In this document: positions 10,715-19,034 of the stretch, in pieces
Position numbering within the stretch: the stretch's first letter is position 1
Layout of the letters: the number at the start of each line of letters is the position of its first letter
Source of the DNA: an uncultured bacterium
Lineage (GTDB): Bacteria > Krumholzibacteriota > Krumholzibacteriia > Krumholzibacteriales > Krumholzibacteriaceae
DNA: 64,000 nt
Direction: 5' to 3'
Assembly (NCBI GenBank): GCA_963786935.1
Contig: CAWBAN010000005.1
Span: 192,001 to 256,000 of the forward strand
The notes under the pieces: model-generated
What the model was told of the DNA's origin: nothing
Database searches by the model: none
What the model saw: the letters and a program-made list of their open reading frames with translations, nothing else
Position numbers and translations under genes: made by a program

Positions 10715-11685
10715 GGAGTCCGGGACTATCGATCGCGCTGTGCACGTGGAACGGCGAGGCGCACCTCGGCGCGCAGCTCGACAGCATCGCGGCCCAGACG
10801 CGCCCGCCCGACGAGCTGATCGCGTGCGACGACGCCTCGACGGACGGAACGCGCCGGGTGCTCGAGGCGTTCGCCGCGCGCAGCCCGTTTCCCGTGCGCA
10901 TCCACGCGAACGCGGTCAACGCGGGGACCGCGAGGAATTTCGAGCGGGCGATATCGCGGTGTGCGGGGGACGTCGTCGCCCTCGCCGATCAGGACGACGT
11001 GTGGATGCCGCGGAAGCTCGAAACCGTCATGGATTTGTTCGCCCGGCGGCCGTCCGCGGGTCTTGTCTTCTCGGACGCCGAGCTCGTGGACGAGAATTTG
11101 AGGCCGCTCGGCGTCACACTGTGGGAGCGCGTCGAGTTCACGCCGAAACGGCGCGCGCAGTTCGACGCCGGAAACGCGTGGCGGGTGCTGCTGGCGCGGA
11201 ACGTCGTCACCGGCGCGACGATGGCGTTCCGGAGGAGCTACCGGGAGATGCTCGTCCCGTTCCCGCCGTCGTGGATCCACGACGCGTGGATCGCCTTCGT
11301 CGTATCGCTGCACGCCGAGCTCGCGCGCATCGACGAGCCGCTCATCCGCTACCGGCAGCACGCGGGGCAGCAGATCGGCGCGCGCGAGCGGGCCTCGCTC
11401 ACGATGGACGCCGTGCTCGGCGACAACACGGCATCGTACGCGAGGGAGTTCCGTCACTATGCCGACGCTCATCGGAGACTGAAGCGTTTGCGGGGCACGC
11501 TCTCCGATTACGACGCCGTCTCGGCGGCCGTCCGGGACCGGGCGGCGTACCATTACCTGCGGATGCGCCTGCCGAAGGAACGGCGGGGGAGAGTAGGCGC
11601 CGTCGCGGCGAACCTGTGCTCGCTCAGGTATCAGCGCTACGCGAACGGCCTCTTGAGCGCGGCGAAGGATCTCTGGCGCGGTTGA
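10711..11685 (+). CDS. GT2 glycosyltransferase
   Basis: SIALCTWNG, DDASTD, ADQDDVW and WIHD motifs; ATGA overlap with the flippase stop. Confidence 0.9.
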   Translation: MRSPGLSIALCTWNGEAHLGAQLDSIAAQTRPPDELIACDDASTDGTRRVLEAFAARSPFPVRIHANAVNAGTARNFERAISRCAGDVVALADQDDVWMPRKLETVMDLFARRPSAGLVFSDAELVDENLRPLGVTLWERVEFTPKRRAQFDAGNAWRVLLARNVVTGATMAFRRSYREMLVPFPPSWIHDAWIAFVVSLHAELARIDEPLIRYRQHAGQQIGARERASLTMDAVLGDNTASYAREFRHYADAHRRLKRLRGTLSDYDAVSAAVRDRAAYHYLRMRLPKERRGRVGAVAANLCSLRYQRYANGLLSAAKDLWRG

Positions 11686-11708
11686 CCGGGAGAACGGAGT
11701 CACGGCCG

Positions 11709-12629
11709 ATGTCGAAGGGCGCTCTCGAACGGAAGGACATATGCGCCGTCGTGGTTGCCTATCATCCCGACGAGGGGCTCGAGGGGCGCGTCGACCGGAT
11801 CCTGAAGCAGGTCGACGCGGCCGTGATCGTCGACAACGGCTCTTCGGCGGAGACGGCGCGCGTGCTCGACCGGCTGGCGGGGCGGGAGAACGTGCACCTG
11901 ATCCGCAACGCGGAGAACCTCGGCGTGGCGACCGCGCTGAACGAAGGAATGGACTGGGTGCGCCGGCGCGGGTACGCCTGGGCGTTCCTGTTCGATCACG
12001 ACTCGACGCTCGAGGAGGGGGCGCTCGATGCGCTCGCCGCCGCGCTGCGCGACTTCGGTCCGGAGGAAACGCCGGCCGTGATCGGCTGCAATTACCGCGA
12101 CGTTCACGCGAAGCGGCTCCGGTATCCCGACGAGAGCGCGTCGGGGCTCTCGTGGCGGGAGCGGAAGACCGTGATCACCTCGGGGAGCCTCGTGTCCGTC
12201 GGCCTCTACGAATCGATCGGCCCGTTCCGGGACGAGTTCTTCGTCGACCACGTGGACGACGAATACTGTCTGCGCGCGAGGCGGAAGGGTTGCCGGGTGA
12301 TATCGACCTGCCGGCCCGTCATGCTGCACAGCGTCGGCGCCTCAACGCTGCACCGGCTCCTCTGGAAGCGGACCGGCGTGACGAACCACTCGCCGTTCCG
12401 GCGCTACTACATGACGCGGAACCACCTCGTCCTGATGCGGGAGTATATTGCCGTCGAGCCGCGATGGGTGTTCGACACGGCGTATTCGAGAATGAAGGGC
12501 CTCGTGCTCATGTGTCTGTTCGAGCGGGAGCGGCCCGCGAAAATCCGGAACGTGATCAAGGGCTTTTTCCACGGCATCGCGCCGGGAGCGACATGGCGAA
12601 AAACGAACGGGCGAAAGACGAACGAATGA
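11709..12629 (+). CDS. GT2 rhamnosyltransferase-like glycosyltransferase
   Basis: AVVVAYHPD, IVDNGS, NLGVATALNEG, ITSGSL, FFVDHVDDEYCLR and RRYYMTRN. Confidence 0.88.
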   Translation: MSKGALERKDICAVVVAYHPDEGLEGRVDRILKQVDAAVIVDNGSSAETARVLDRLAGRENVHLIRNAENLGVATALNEGMDWVRRRGYAWAFLFDHDSTLEEGALDALAAALRDFGPEETPAVIGCNYRDVHAKRLRYPDESASGLSWRERKTVITSGSLVSVGLYESIGPFRDEFFVDHVDDEYCLRARRKGCRVISTCRPVMLHSVGASTLHRLLWKRTGVTNHSPFRRYYMTRNHLVLMREYIAVEPRWVFDTAYSRMKGLVLMCLFERERPAKIRNVIKGFFHGIAPGATWRKTNGRKTNE

Positions 12630-14518
12630 AAGACGAACGGGTGAAGCGGCGGATTCATCCCGCCGCGGCGCTCGCGGGCGTTCTCGCCGCGGCGCTCGTG
12701 GTGCGGATCGTGTTTCTCGCGCAGCTCGCGCGCTCGGAGTTCGGGCGGATTCTCTCGCTCGATTCGCGCTTCTACCACGACCTCGCGAGCGCGCTCGCCG
12801 CTGGCGGGGCCCCGCCCGGCGGCGCGATCGATTTCAATCCGCTGTACCCGGCGTTCCTCACCGTCGTTTTCAAGATCTTCGGAACGGGGCTCACTGCCCC
12901 GCGCGTGGCACAGCTCGCGCTCGGTCTCTGCACCATCGCGCTCGCGTACGCCGCGGGCGCGAGGCTCGTCGAGGGGCCGCGGAAGGGGAGGCCGTCCCCG
13001 GCGGTCGCGGCGATCGCCGCGGCGGCGATGACGGCGCTCTACCGGCAGTTCGTCCTGTACGAGGGAACGCTCATCTCGACGGCGCTCGAGGTGTTTCTCG
13101 TCGCCGCCTCCTTCGCGCTCGCGATGGCGCTCGACGAGGACCTTCGGGGGGAGCGGCCGGTGCGCGTCGGCGCGCGGCGCGTGCCGCCGTGGGTCTCGAG
13201 CCTGCTCCTCGGCGCGCTCCTCGGCCTCGGCGCCCTCGGCAGGCCGAACCTCTTTCTGCTGCTCGTCGCGGCGGTTCCGGTCTGGCTGCTGCTGCGGAAT
13301 CTCCGGAAGCGGCGGGGGCTCGTTCCCGCGCTGTGCTGCCTCGCCGGCGCCGCCCTGTTCCTCGCGCCGCCGATCGTGTTCAGCGCGGCGCGCTCGGGGA
13401 GGATCGTCCCCGTCTCGGCGCACGGGGGCATCAACTTCTACATCGGGAACAGGTCCGGGAGCCCCGGCGTCTTTCAGCCGCCCGACGACATCCGCGCGGA
13501 CATGCGCGGCATGATCGAGGACGCGCGGCTGAAGGCCGAGGCGGAGACCGGCCGCGCCATGACGCAGCCGGAGGTGTCCGGCTATTACTTCGAGAAGACG
13601 CTCGGGGAGATCGAGCGCGCGCCGGGGCGCTGGCTCGCCCTCGTCGGCAGGAAGCTCCTCATCTTCTTCAACGGGATCGAGGTGCCCGACGTCCCGAACG
13701 TCATCTTCTACGAGCGGTCGTGCCGCGTCCTCGCGCTGCTGTTCCTCCCCTTCGCCGCGATCGCGCCGCTCGCGCTCTGCGGCCTCGTCGTGCTCTTCAG
13801 GAGCGGGAGGAACCGGAGCGTCGTCTCGCTGTTCCTCGGGTGCGCCGTGCTCTCGGTGCTCCTCTTCTTCGTCAACGCGCGCTACCGCCTGCCCGCCGTT
13901 CCGATCCTGATTCCGCTCGCGGCGTTCTTCGTCGCCTGGGCGGCGCGCGAGATTTCGCGGCGGCGCCTGAAGCCCGTCGCGATTATGGCCGCTGCGGCGC
14001 TGGCGATCTTTTTCCTCGTCTCGAACCGGACGATGGTGCGGGTGAACGAGAGCGCCGCGTACACGTTTCTCGGGAACCACTACATCGCGCTCGGCGACGA
14101 GGCGAAGGCGGCGTCGGCGTTCGCCGAGGCCTACCGCCTCGATCCGGATCACATCGAGGCGATGATCAACTACGCGCGGATTCTCCGGAAGCAGGGGGAT
14201 ATGCGGCGGTCGGCCGACCTCTACGCGCGGGCCTACGCGATGATGCCGCGGTTCCCGCGCCTCGCCATCGAGTACGGTTCCGTGCTCGAGAAGCTCGGGC
14301 GGCGGGCGGAGGCGCGGACGCTGTACGAGCAGGCGCTGTCGGCGGACCGGGCGGCCGAGCGGGTGCTCGCGTGCCGGCTTCTCGCGCAGGCGGCGCTCGC
14401 CGAGGGGAAGCGGGACGAAGCGATCGCGTGGGTGAAGCGGGCGCTCGCGATCGCCCCGGACGATTCGAACCTCGCCGGTATGCTCGAGTGGCTCGAGCGC
14501 GGGGCCCCGGGCCGATAA
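12593..14518 (+). CDS. GT-C (GT39/PMT-like) polytopic glycosyltransferase with C-terminal TPRs
   Basis: ATG at 12593 after GGGAG (alternative start 12626); LDSRFYH, NPLYPAFL, GGINFYIGN and ARYRLP motifs, followed by TPR-like helices. Confidence 0.75.
   Translation: MAKNERAKDERMKDERVKRRIHPAAALAGVLAAALVVRIVFLAQLARSEFGRILSLDSRFYHDLASALAAGGAPPGGAIDFNPLYPAFLTVVFKIFGTGLTAPRVAQLALGLCTIALAYAAGARLVEGPRKGRPSPAVAAIAAAAMTALYRQFVLYEGTLISTALEVFLVAASFALAMALDEDLRGERPVRVGARRVPPWVSSLLLGALLGLGALGRPNLFLLLVAAVPVWLLLRNLRKRRGLVPALCCLAGAALFLAPPIVFSAARSGRIVPVSAHGGINFYIGNRSGSPGVFQPPDDIRADMRGMIEDARLKAEAETGRAMTQPEVSGYYFEKTLGEIERAPGRWLALVGRKLLIFFNGIEVPDVPNVIFYERSCRVLALLFLPFAAIAPLALCGLVVLFRSGRNRSVVSLFLGCAVLSVLLFFVNARYRLPAVPILIPLAAFFVAWAAREISRRRLKPVAIMAAAALAIFFLVSNRTMVRVNESAAYTFLGNHYIALGDEAKAASAFAEAYRLDPDHIEAMINYARILRKQGDMRRSADLYARAYAMMPRFPRLAIEYGSVLEKLGRRAEARTLYEQALSADRAAERVLACRLLAQAALAEGKRDEAIAWVKRALAIAPDDSNLAGMLEWLERGAPGR
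12596..12640 (+). repeat. Three 15-bp imperfect tandem repeats
   Basis: gcgaaaaacgaacgg / gcgaaagacgaacga / atgaaagacgaacgg, encoding AKNER-AKDER-MKDER. Confidence 0.75.
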
Positions 14519-14523
14519 TGGGC

Positions 14524-14552
14524 TTGCCGGGCGTGGACGGCGATGATACATT
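14524..14552 (+). promoter_or_regulatory. Putative sigma70 promoter for the wzz-like gene
   Basis: TTGCCG-17 bp-TACATT. Confidence 0.45.
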
Positions 14553-14612
14553 CGGGGCCGGAACGAAGCGTTCGGGGACGATGAGCGGCATGCGGGCGAG
14601 GTTCGCGAGACG

Positions 14613-15764
14613 ATGATAGCACTCCTTTCGGCCATGCTCCGGCGCAAGAAAACGGTTCTCGCCGTCACGGCGGCGGGATTTCTGATATCCGCCGCGGTGA
14701 GCATGATGCTCCCGTCCCGATACGTCGCTTCGACGATGTTCGCCCCGACCGGCGTCGAGAAAGATCTCACGAACATGCGGGAATTCTTCGCGCCGATGGG
14801 AGCGTTCGGGGAGTCGTTCGCGGCCTACCTCAGGGCCCGCAAGAACTATCTCATCGATTATCTCATCCGGAGCCGGCAGATGAGCGATCGAATCGACGAG
14901 CGGTTCGATCTCAAGCGCCTCTACGGCGTGTCCGACGGCGACGAGGCGAGACGCCTGCTCGGCCGGCATACGGCCGTCGCGATCAGGGACGAGGGAGTCA
15001 TCGTTCTGAGCGTCGCCGATCGGGACCGCGAGCGCGCGATCGCCATCACGGCGGAGTACCTCGCCCAGCTCGACACGATTCTCCTCGATCTCGTCGTCGA
15101 GAACTCGCGCGAGCGCGTGCGATTTCTGAACGCCGAGCTCGCCCGCCGCGAGCGGGCGATCGCCGTCACCGATTCGCTCATCGGCAGCTACCTCGGACGG
15201 TACGGCCTGTACGACATGGAGGAGCAGGTTCGCGTGATGCTCGACATCGTGTCGGATCTCAGCGGCCGCCTCAGCATGCTCGACGTCGAGAAACGCCTGC
15301 TCGAGCTGACGATGAAGCCGGGAAACGAAGATCTCGCGCGCGTCGAGTTCGAATGGAACCAGCTGCGCAACCAGCTGCTCCTCCTGCGGGAGATCGGGGC
15401 GGAGCCGAATCTCTTTCCCCCGTTCAAGAACCTTCCCGAAATCAGCTCGACCTATCTGCAGTTCATGAGCGAACGCAAGCTGGAGGAGTTCATGCTCGCC
15501 TACCTGCGCCTGCGGATCGCGGACGCCGAGGTGGTTTCGAACTCCCCGATGAGCGCCATCAAGGTGCTCGATCCTCCCTCGGCGCCGGAGCGCCGCTCGT
15601 GGCCGCGGCGGAAGCAGATCGTGCTCGTCTCGACGGCCGCCGCGTTCTTCTGGGCGGGCTACTTCATGATGCTCGACGAGCGCCGGAAAGCGGCGCGGGC
15701 CCGCGGGGACGGGGGAGCCGGCGCCCGCCCGGACGGCGGCGTCCCGGGCGGCGAAAGCGTGTAA
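14613..15764 (+). CDS. Wzz/polysaccharide co-polymerase-like chain-length determinant
   Basis: N- and C-terminal TM segments flank a coiled-coil region; PSRYVAS and VLDPPSAPERRSWPRRKQIV (Pro-rich motif). Confidence 0.8.
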   Translation: MIALLSAMLRRKKTVLAVTAAGFLISAAVSMMLPSRYVASTMFAPTGVEKDLTNMREFFAPMGAFGESFAAYLRARKNYLIDYLIRSRQMSDRIDERFDLKRLYGVSDGDEARRLLGRHTAVAIRDEGVIVLSVADRDRERAIAITAEYLAQLDTILLDLVVENSRERVRFLNAELARRERAIAVTDSLIGSYLGRYGLYDMEEQVRVMLDIVSDLSGRLSMLDVEKRLLELTMKPGNEDLARVEFEWNQLRNQLLLLREIGAEPNLFPPFKNLPEISSTYLQFMSERKLEEFMLAYLRLRIADAEVVSNSPMSAIKVLDPPSAPERRSWPRRKQIVLVSTAAAFFWAGYFMMLDERRKAARARGDGGAGARPDGGVPGGESV

Positions 15765-15767
15765 TCC

Positions 15768-17156
15768 ATGCGGCTCGAGCTCTACGGAAGGACCGTCGAC
15801 GCGAAACGATTCGCCCTGTTCGTCGCCGCGCCGCTGGCGTGCTGCGTCGTCGCCGCGGCCCTGTTCCTCCCCGCGGTCCTGCAGCTCGGCCTGCTGCTGC
15901 TCCTCGCGCTTCCCTTCGTGTTTCTCGGTCTCGACCGGCCGGCGATCGTGTTTTATCTCGTCGTGCTCGTGCTCTTTTCGAATCTCGACGTCTTTGCGCC
16001 CGTTCATTTCTACCGCCATCTCGTCCTCTTTCTGCTGGCCGCGCTCGCGCTCGCCGTCGCGGGCGGCCGGCGCATCGTGACGCACCATCCGCGCCTGCTC
16101 GCGCTCGCGGCGGCGCTCATGATCATCGTCTTCCAGTCCCTGTCGGTCGCGAGCGACTTCGGCCGCGCGGCGCACGGCATGGGAGCGTTCTATAAAGTGC
16201 TCGCCGCCGTCGCGATCGTGGCGCAGTTCACGGCGGACCGGACGGGATTCCGGCGCTTCCTCCTCGTCCTGGCCGCGGGGATGCTGCTCTCGGCGTATCT
16301 GCCCTTCATCGTTCATCCGCCGAGCCGCTACGCGAGCCTCTCGATGATCTGGAACCGCGGCATCGTTCGGTACGAGGGCTTCGTCTTCGAGCCCAACGTT
16401 TTCGCGCTGTATCAGCTCTTCCTCATCCCGGTGCTCGTCTTTTTCGCGGGTATGTACCGGAAGCCGCGGATCGTGATCCCGCTGATCGCGGTTCTCATTC
16501 TCGGGAGCATCGGGAACCTCGCCCTGAGCTTTTCGCGGGGAGGATTCTTCGGGCTCGCGTGCCTCCTCGTCTCGCTCATCGTGATCGAGCGGAAAAACAA
16601 GCCGTTCTTCCTCTTCGGGCTCGGGCTCGTCGCGGCGAGCATCCTGGTCATTCCCGGGGTGTACTGGGAGCGGATCGGATCGGTCTTCGACTTCGCGGCG
16701 CAGAGGGCGGGGGACTACTCCATCTATACGCGGATCGCCACGAGCCGGACCGCGCTCCGCCTCGGATTCGAGCATCCGCTGCTCGGCGTCGGCATGGACA
16801 GCTTCCTGCCGAGCGCGGCGTACTTCATCCCGTTCTCGCTCGCCGTCCACAACGTGTTCCTGCAGCTGTTCGCCGATCTCGGCGCCGTCGCGCTCTCGCT
16901 GGTCATCGCCATCATCGCGTGCAACGGGAGGATCATCGCCCGCCTCATGCGGAGCGCCGATCCCGAGACCGCCCGGATCGGCCGGGCGCTGCTCCTGCAG
17001 CACGTCGCCGTGTTCGCCTCGGCGCTCTTCATGCCGGTCGCCTACGAGATGATGATCTGGTTCACGCTCGCGCTCCCGGCGATCGCGGAGCACGCCTACG
17101 GGAGCGGTGCGGGGGCGGAGGGCGCCGGAGCGTCCGTTTCAAGCGGCAGGAAATAG
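15768..17156 (+). CDS. O-antigen ligase/Wzy family protein
   Basis: EPNVFA, SFSRGG, HPLLGVG and VHNVFLQLFADLG motifs. Confidence 0.85.
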   Translation: MRLELYGRTVDAKRFALFVAAPLACCVVAAALFLPAVLQLGLLLLLALPFVFLGLDRPAIVFYLVVLVLFSNLDVFAPVHFYRHLVLFLLAALALAVAGGRRIVTHHPRLLALAAALMIIVFQSLSVASDFGRAAHGMGAFYKVLAAVAIVAQFTADRTGFRRFLLVLAAGMLLSAYLPFIVHPPSRYASLSMIWNRGIVRYEGFVFEPNVFALYQLFLIPVLVFFAGMYRKPRIVIPLIAVLILGSIGNLALSFSRGGFFGLACLLVSLIVIERKNKPFFLFGLGLVAASILVIPGVYWERIGSVFDFAAQRAGDYSIYTRIATSRTALRLGFEHPLLGVGMDSFLPSAAYFIPFSLAVHNVFLQLFADLGAVALSLVIAIIACNGRIIARLMRSADPETARIGRALLLQHVAVFASALFMPVAYEMMIWFTLALPAIAEHAYGSGAGAEGAGASVSSGRK

Positions 17157-18640
17157 CTCTTCAGCTTGAAGCACGAAAGGTAGAATCCCGAGCCGAGCGG
17201 GATGTTCACGAATTCGTAGTCGCTCGCGAACGCCGGCTGCTTCGCGATCTCCTCTTCCTGGATCTTGAGGGGCATCCGCTCCCGGCCGCGCGTTCCCCGG
17301 TGAATCCGGATGTTGCCGAGGAGCAGCAGGTCGGGACGCTTCTCGATGACGTACGCGCCGTCGGTCTTGAGATGCCCGGGCTGCGTGGCGACGACGGCGC
17401 CGTGCCGCGCGATGTAGCGCTCGGTGAGGCCGAGGATGTCGACGATCTTCATGTCGGTGTAATATCCGATCGCTCCCGTCGATCCGCATCCGATGGTCGT
17501 TTCCTCCGGGAGAATCTCCCGCAACCGCCGGCCGAGGTGGGCGAACGCGCCGACCGTGGTGCGCTCGATCGTGAACGTTTCGCGGCCGACGGCGCCCGGC
17601 GCCGCGGCGAGGAGGACGAGCGCGATCGCGAGGACGGAGGCCCTCGCGTCGCGCGCCGCGACCGCGGCGACCCCGCGCGAGGCGGCGAGCGCGACGAACG
17701 GGAGAACCGGCAGCAGCAGCTGGTGGTACGGCATCCAGTCTCCGCCGAGCAGGAGCACCTCGATTCCGGCGACACCGGTGAAGAGGAGGGGAAGCGAGAG
17801 GCTCTCCAGATCGCTCCCGGCCGCGCGCAGCAGGAAGGCGCCGGCGGCGAAGAGGTAGCCGTAGCGCAGGGCGAATCCGGCCACGTAGCGCGCGCCGTTC
17901 TCGATCATGAGGCCGCTCGGGCCGGTCTTCGCGTAAAAGGTGTTCGGGAGCAGCGCGTGGAAATAGCTCCATTTCCAGGCGAAGTACGGCGCGTAGAAAA
18001 CCGCCGCGACGCCGAGCCCGAGGGCGGCGACCGTTTTTCGCCGGGGGCTCCGCGCGACGAGCAGGAGAAACGCGATCGCGAAAAAGAGCATTCCCTCGGG
18101 GCGGACGAGGCCGAGGAGCGCGAAGACGACGAGGGCGGCCCCGGGGCGCTCCCCCGAGCGCAGCAGCATGAATCCCGCGAGCAGCAGGAACATGAAGAGC
18201 GGAATCTCCGAGCCGCTGTAGCTCCAGACGAGGAAGGGAGGGGACGCGGCGAGCATCGCCGAGGGGAGGAGCACGGCGGCGGCGTCCCGCCACCCCGGGC
18301 GCTCCCCCGCCGGCTCGAGGCCGCGCCGCGCCGCGAACGCGGCGAGGACGAGCGTGCCGAGGGAGAAGACGAGGCTCAGCGTCCGGGCGGAGGCGATGAG
18401 GGGAAAGCCGAGCTTTCCCGCGACGACGACGATGAGGAGCCAGAGGAAGTTCGTGTAGCCTTCCACCCGCTCGCCGGGATTGAACACGAAGCCCTCGCCG
18501 CGCAGGACGTTCCGCGCGTAGCGGAGCGTGATGAACGTGTCGTCGGGTATGTAGTGGAACGCCGAGAGCCCCGCCGCGAACACGGCGAGCGTCGCGAGAG
18601 AGAGGATGAGGAGCCGTGTACGATGGCGCACGGGGCGCAC
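17096..18640 (-). CDS. GT-C-fold membrane glycosyltransferase (AftB-like family)
   Basis: PDDTFITLRYARN, GERVEGYTNFLW, RPEG, LPNTFYAK, GGDWM and GAIGYY...VDILGLT. Confidence 0.75.
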   Translation of the reverse strand: MRPVRHRTRLLILSLATLAVFAAGLSAFHYIPDDTFITLRYARNVLRGEGFVFNPGERVEGYTNFLWLLIVVVAGKLGFPLIASARTLSLVFSLGTLVLAAFAARRGLEPAGERPGWRDAAAVLLPSAMLAASPPFLVWSYSGSEIPLFMFLLLAGFMLLRSGERPGAALVVFALLGLVRPEGMLFFAIAFLLLVARSPRRKTVAALGLGVAAVFYAPYFAWKWSYFHALLPNTFYAKTGPSGLMIENGARYVAGFALRYGYLFAAGAFLLRAAGSDLESLSLPLLFTGVAGIEVLLLGGDWMPYHQLLLPVLPFVALAASRGVAAVAARDARASVLAIALVLLAAAPGAVGRETFTIERTTVGAFAHLGRRLREILPEETTIGCGSTGAIGYYTDMKIVDILGLTERYIARHGAVVATQPGHLKTDGAYVIEKRPDLLLLGNIRIHRGTRGRERMPLKIQEEEIAKQPAFASDYEFVNIPLGSGFYLSCFKLKSYFLPLETDAPAPSAPAPLP

Positions 18641-18642
18641 CC

Positions 18643-18885
18643 CTAGTTCTCGAGAAAGATCGCGTTGCAGGTGATCGTATTCTGGACGCCGGGAATCGTC
18701 TGGATCTTCTCGATGACGAACCGGCCGATCTCGTTGAACGTCGATCCGTCCACGACGGCGATCATGTCGTACGGGCCCGAGACGGCGTACACCATTTCGA
18801 CGTGTTTCATCTTGGAGAGCACGCTGTACACCTCGCCGGCGACTCCCGCGGCGAGATTGATGAGAACGAACGCCTTTGCCCTCAT
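18643..18885 (-). CDS. Stand-alone Lrp/AsnC ligand-binding domain protein
   Basis: 80 aa; KAFVLIN, VSGPYDMIAVV and IQTIPGVQNTIT; AGGAGG RBS. Confidence 0.85.
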   Translation of the reverse strand: MRAKAFVLINLAAGVAGEVYSVLSKMKHVEMVYAVSGPYDMIAVVDGSTFNEIGRFVIEKIQTIPGVQNTITCNAIFLEN

Positions 18886-19034
18886 ACGATCCTCCTTTGG
18901 ACCATGCGAACGAACGCTTGAGCGCGCGCGGCCATTATGTCAGAATGGAACGTCGGTTTCAACGCGTTTCGGGCCGCGAACCCTCTCGGGGGGGGCGCGG
19001 GGAACCGCCGGAGCGCCGTGCCGGGAGCGTCCTT

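Noticed and set aside
17096..17156. Convergent 3' overlaps (also 24751-24790 and 61942-61978)
   Set aside because: Short tail overlaps are common in GC-rich genomes, where stop codons are scarce.
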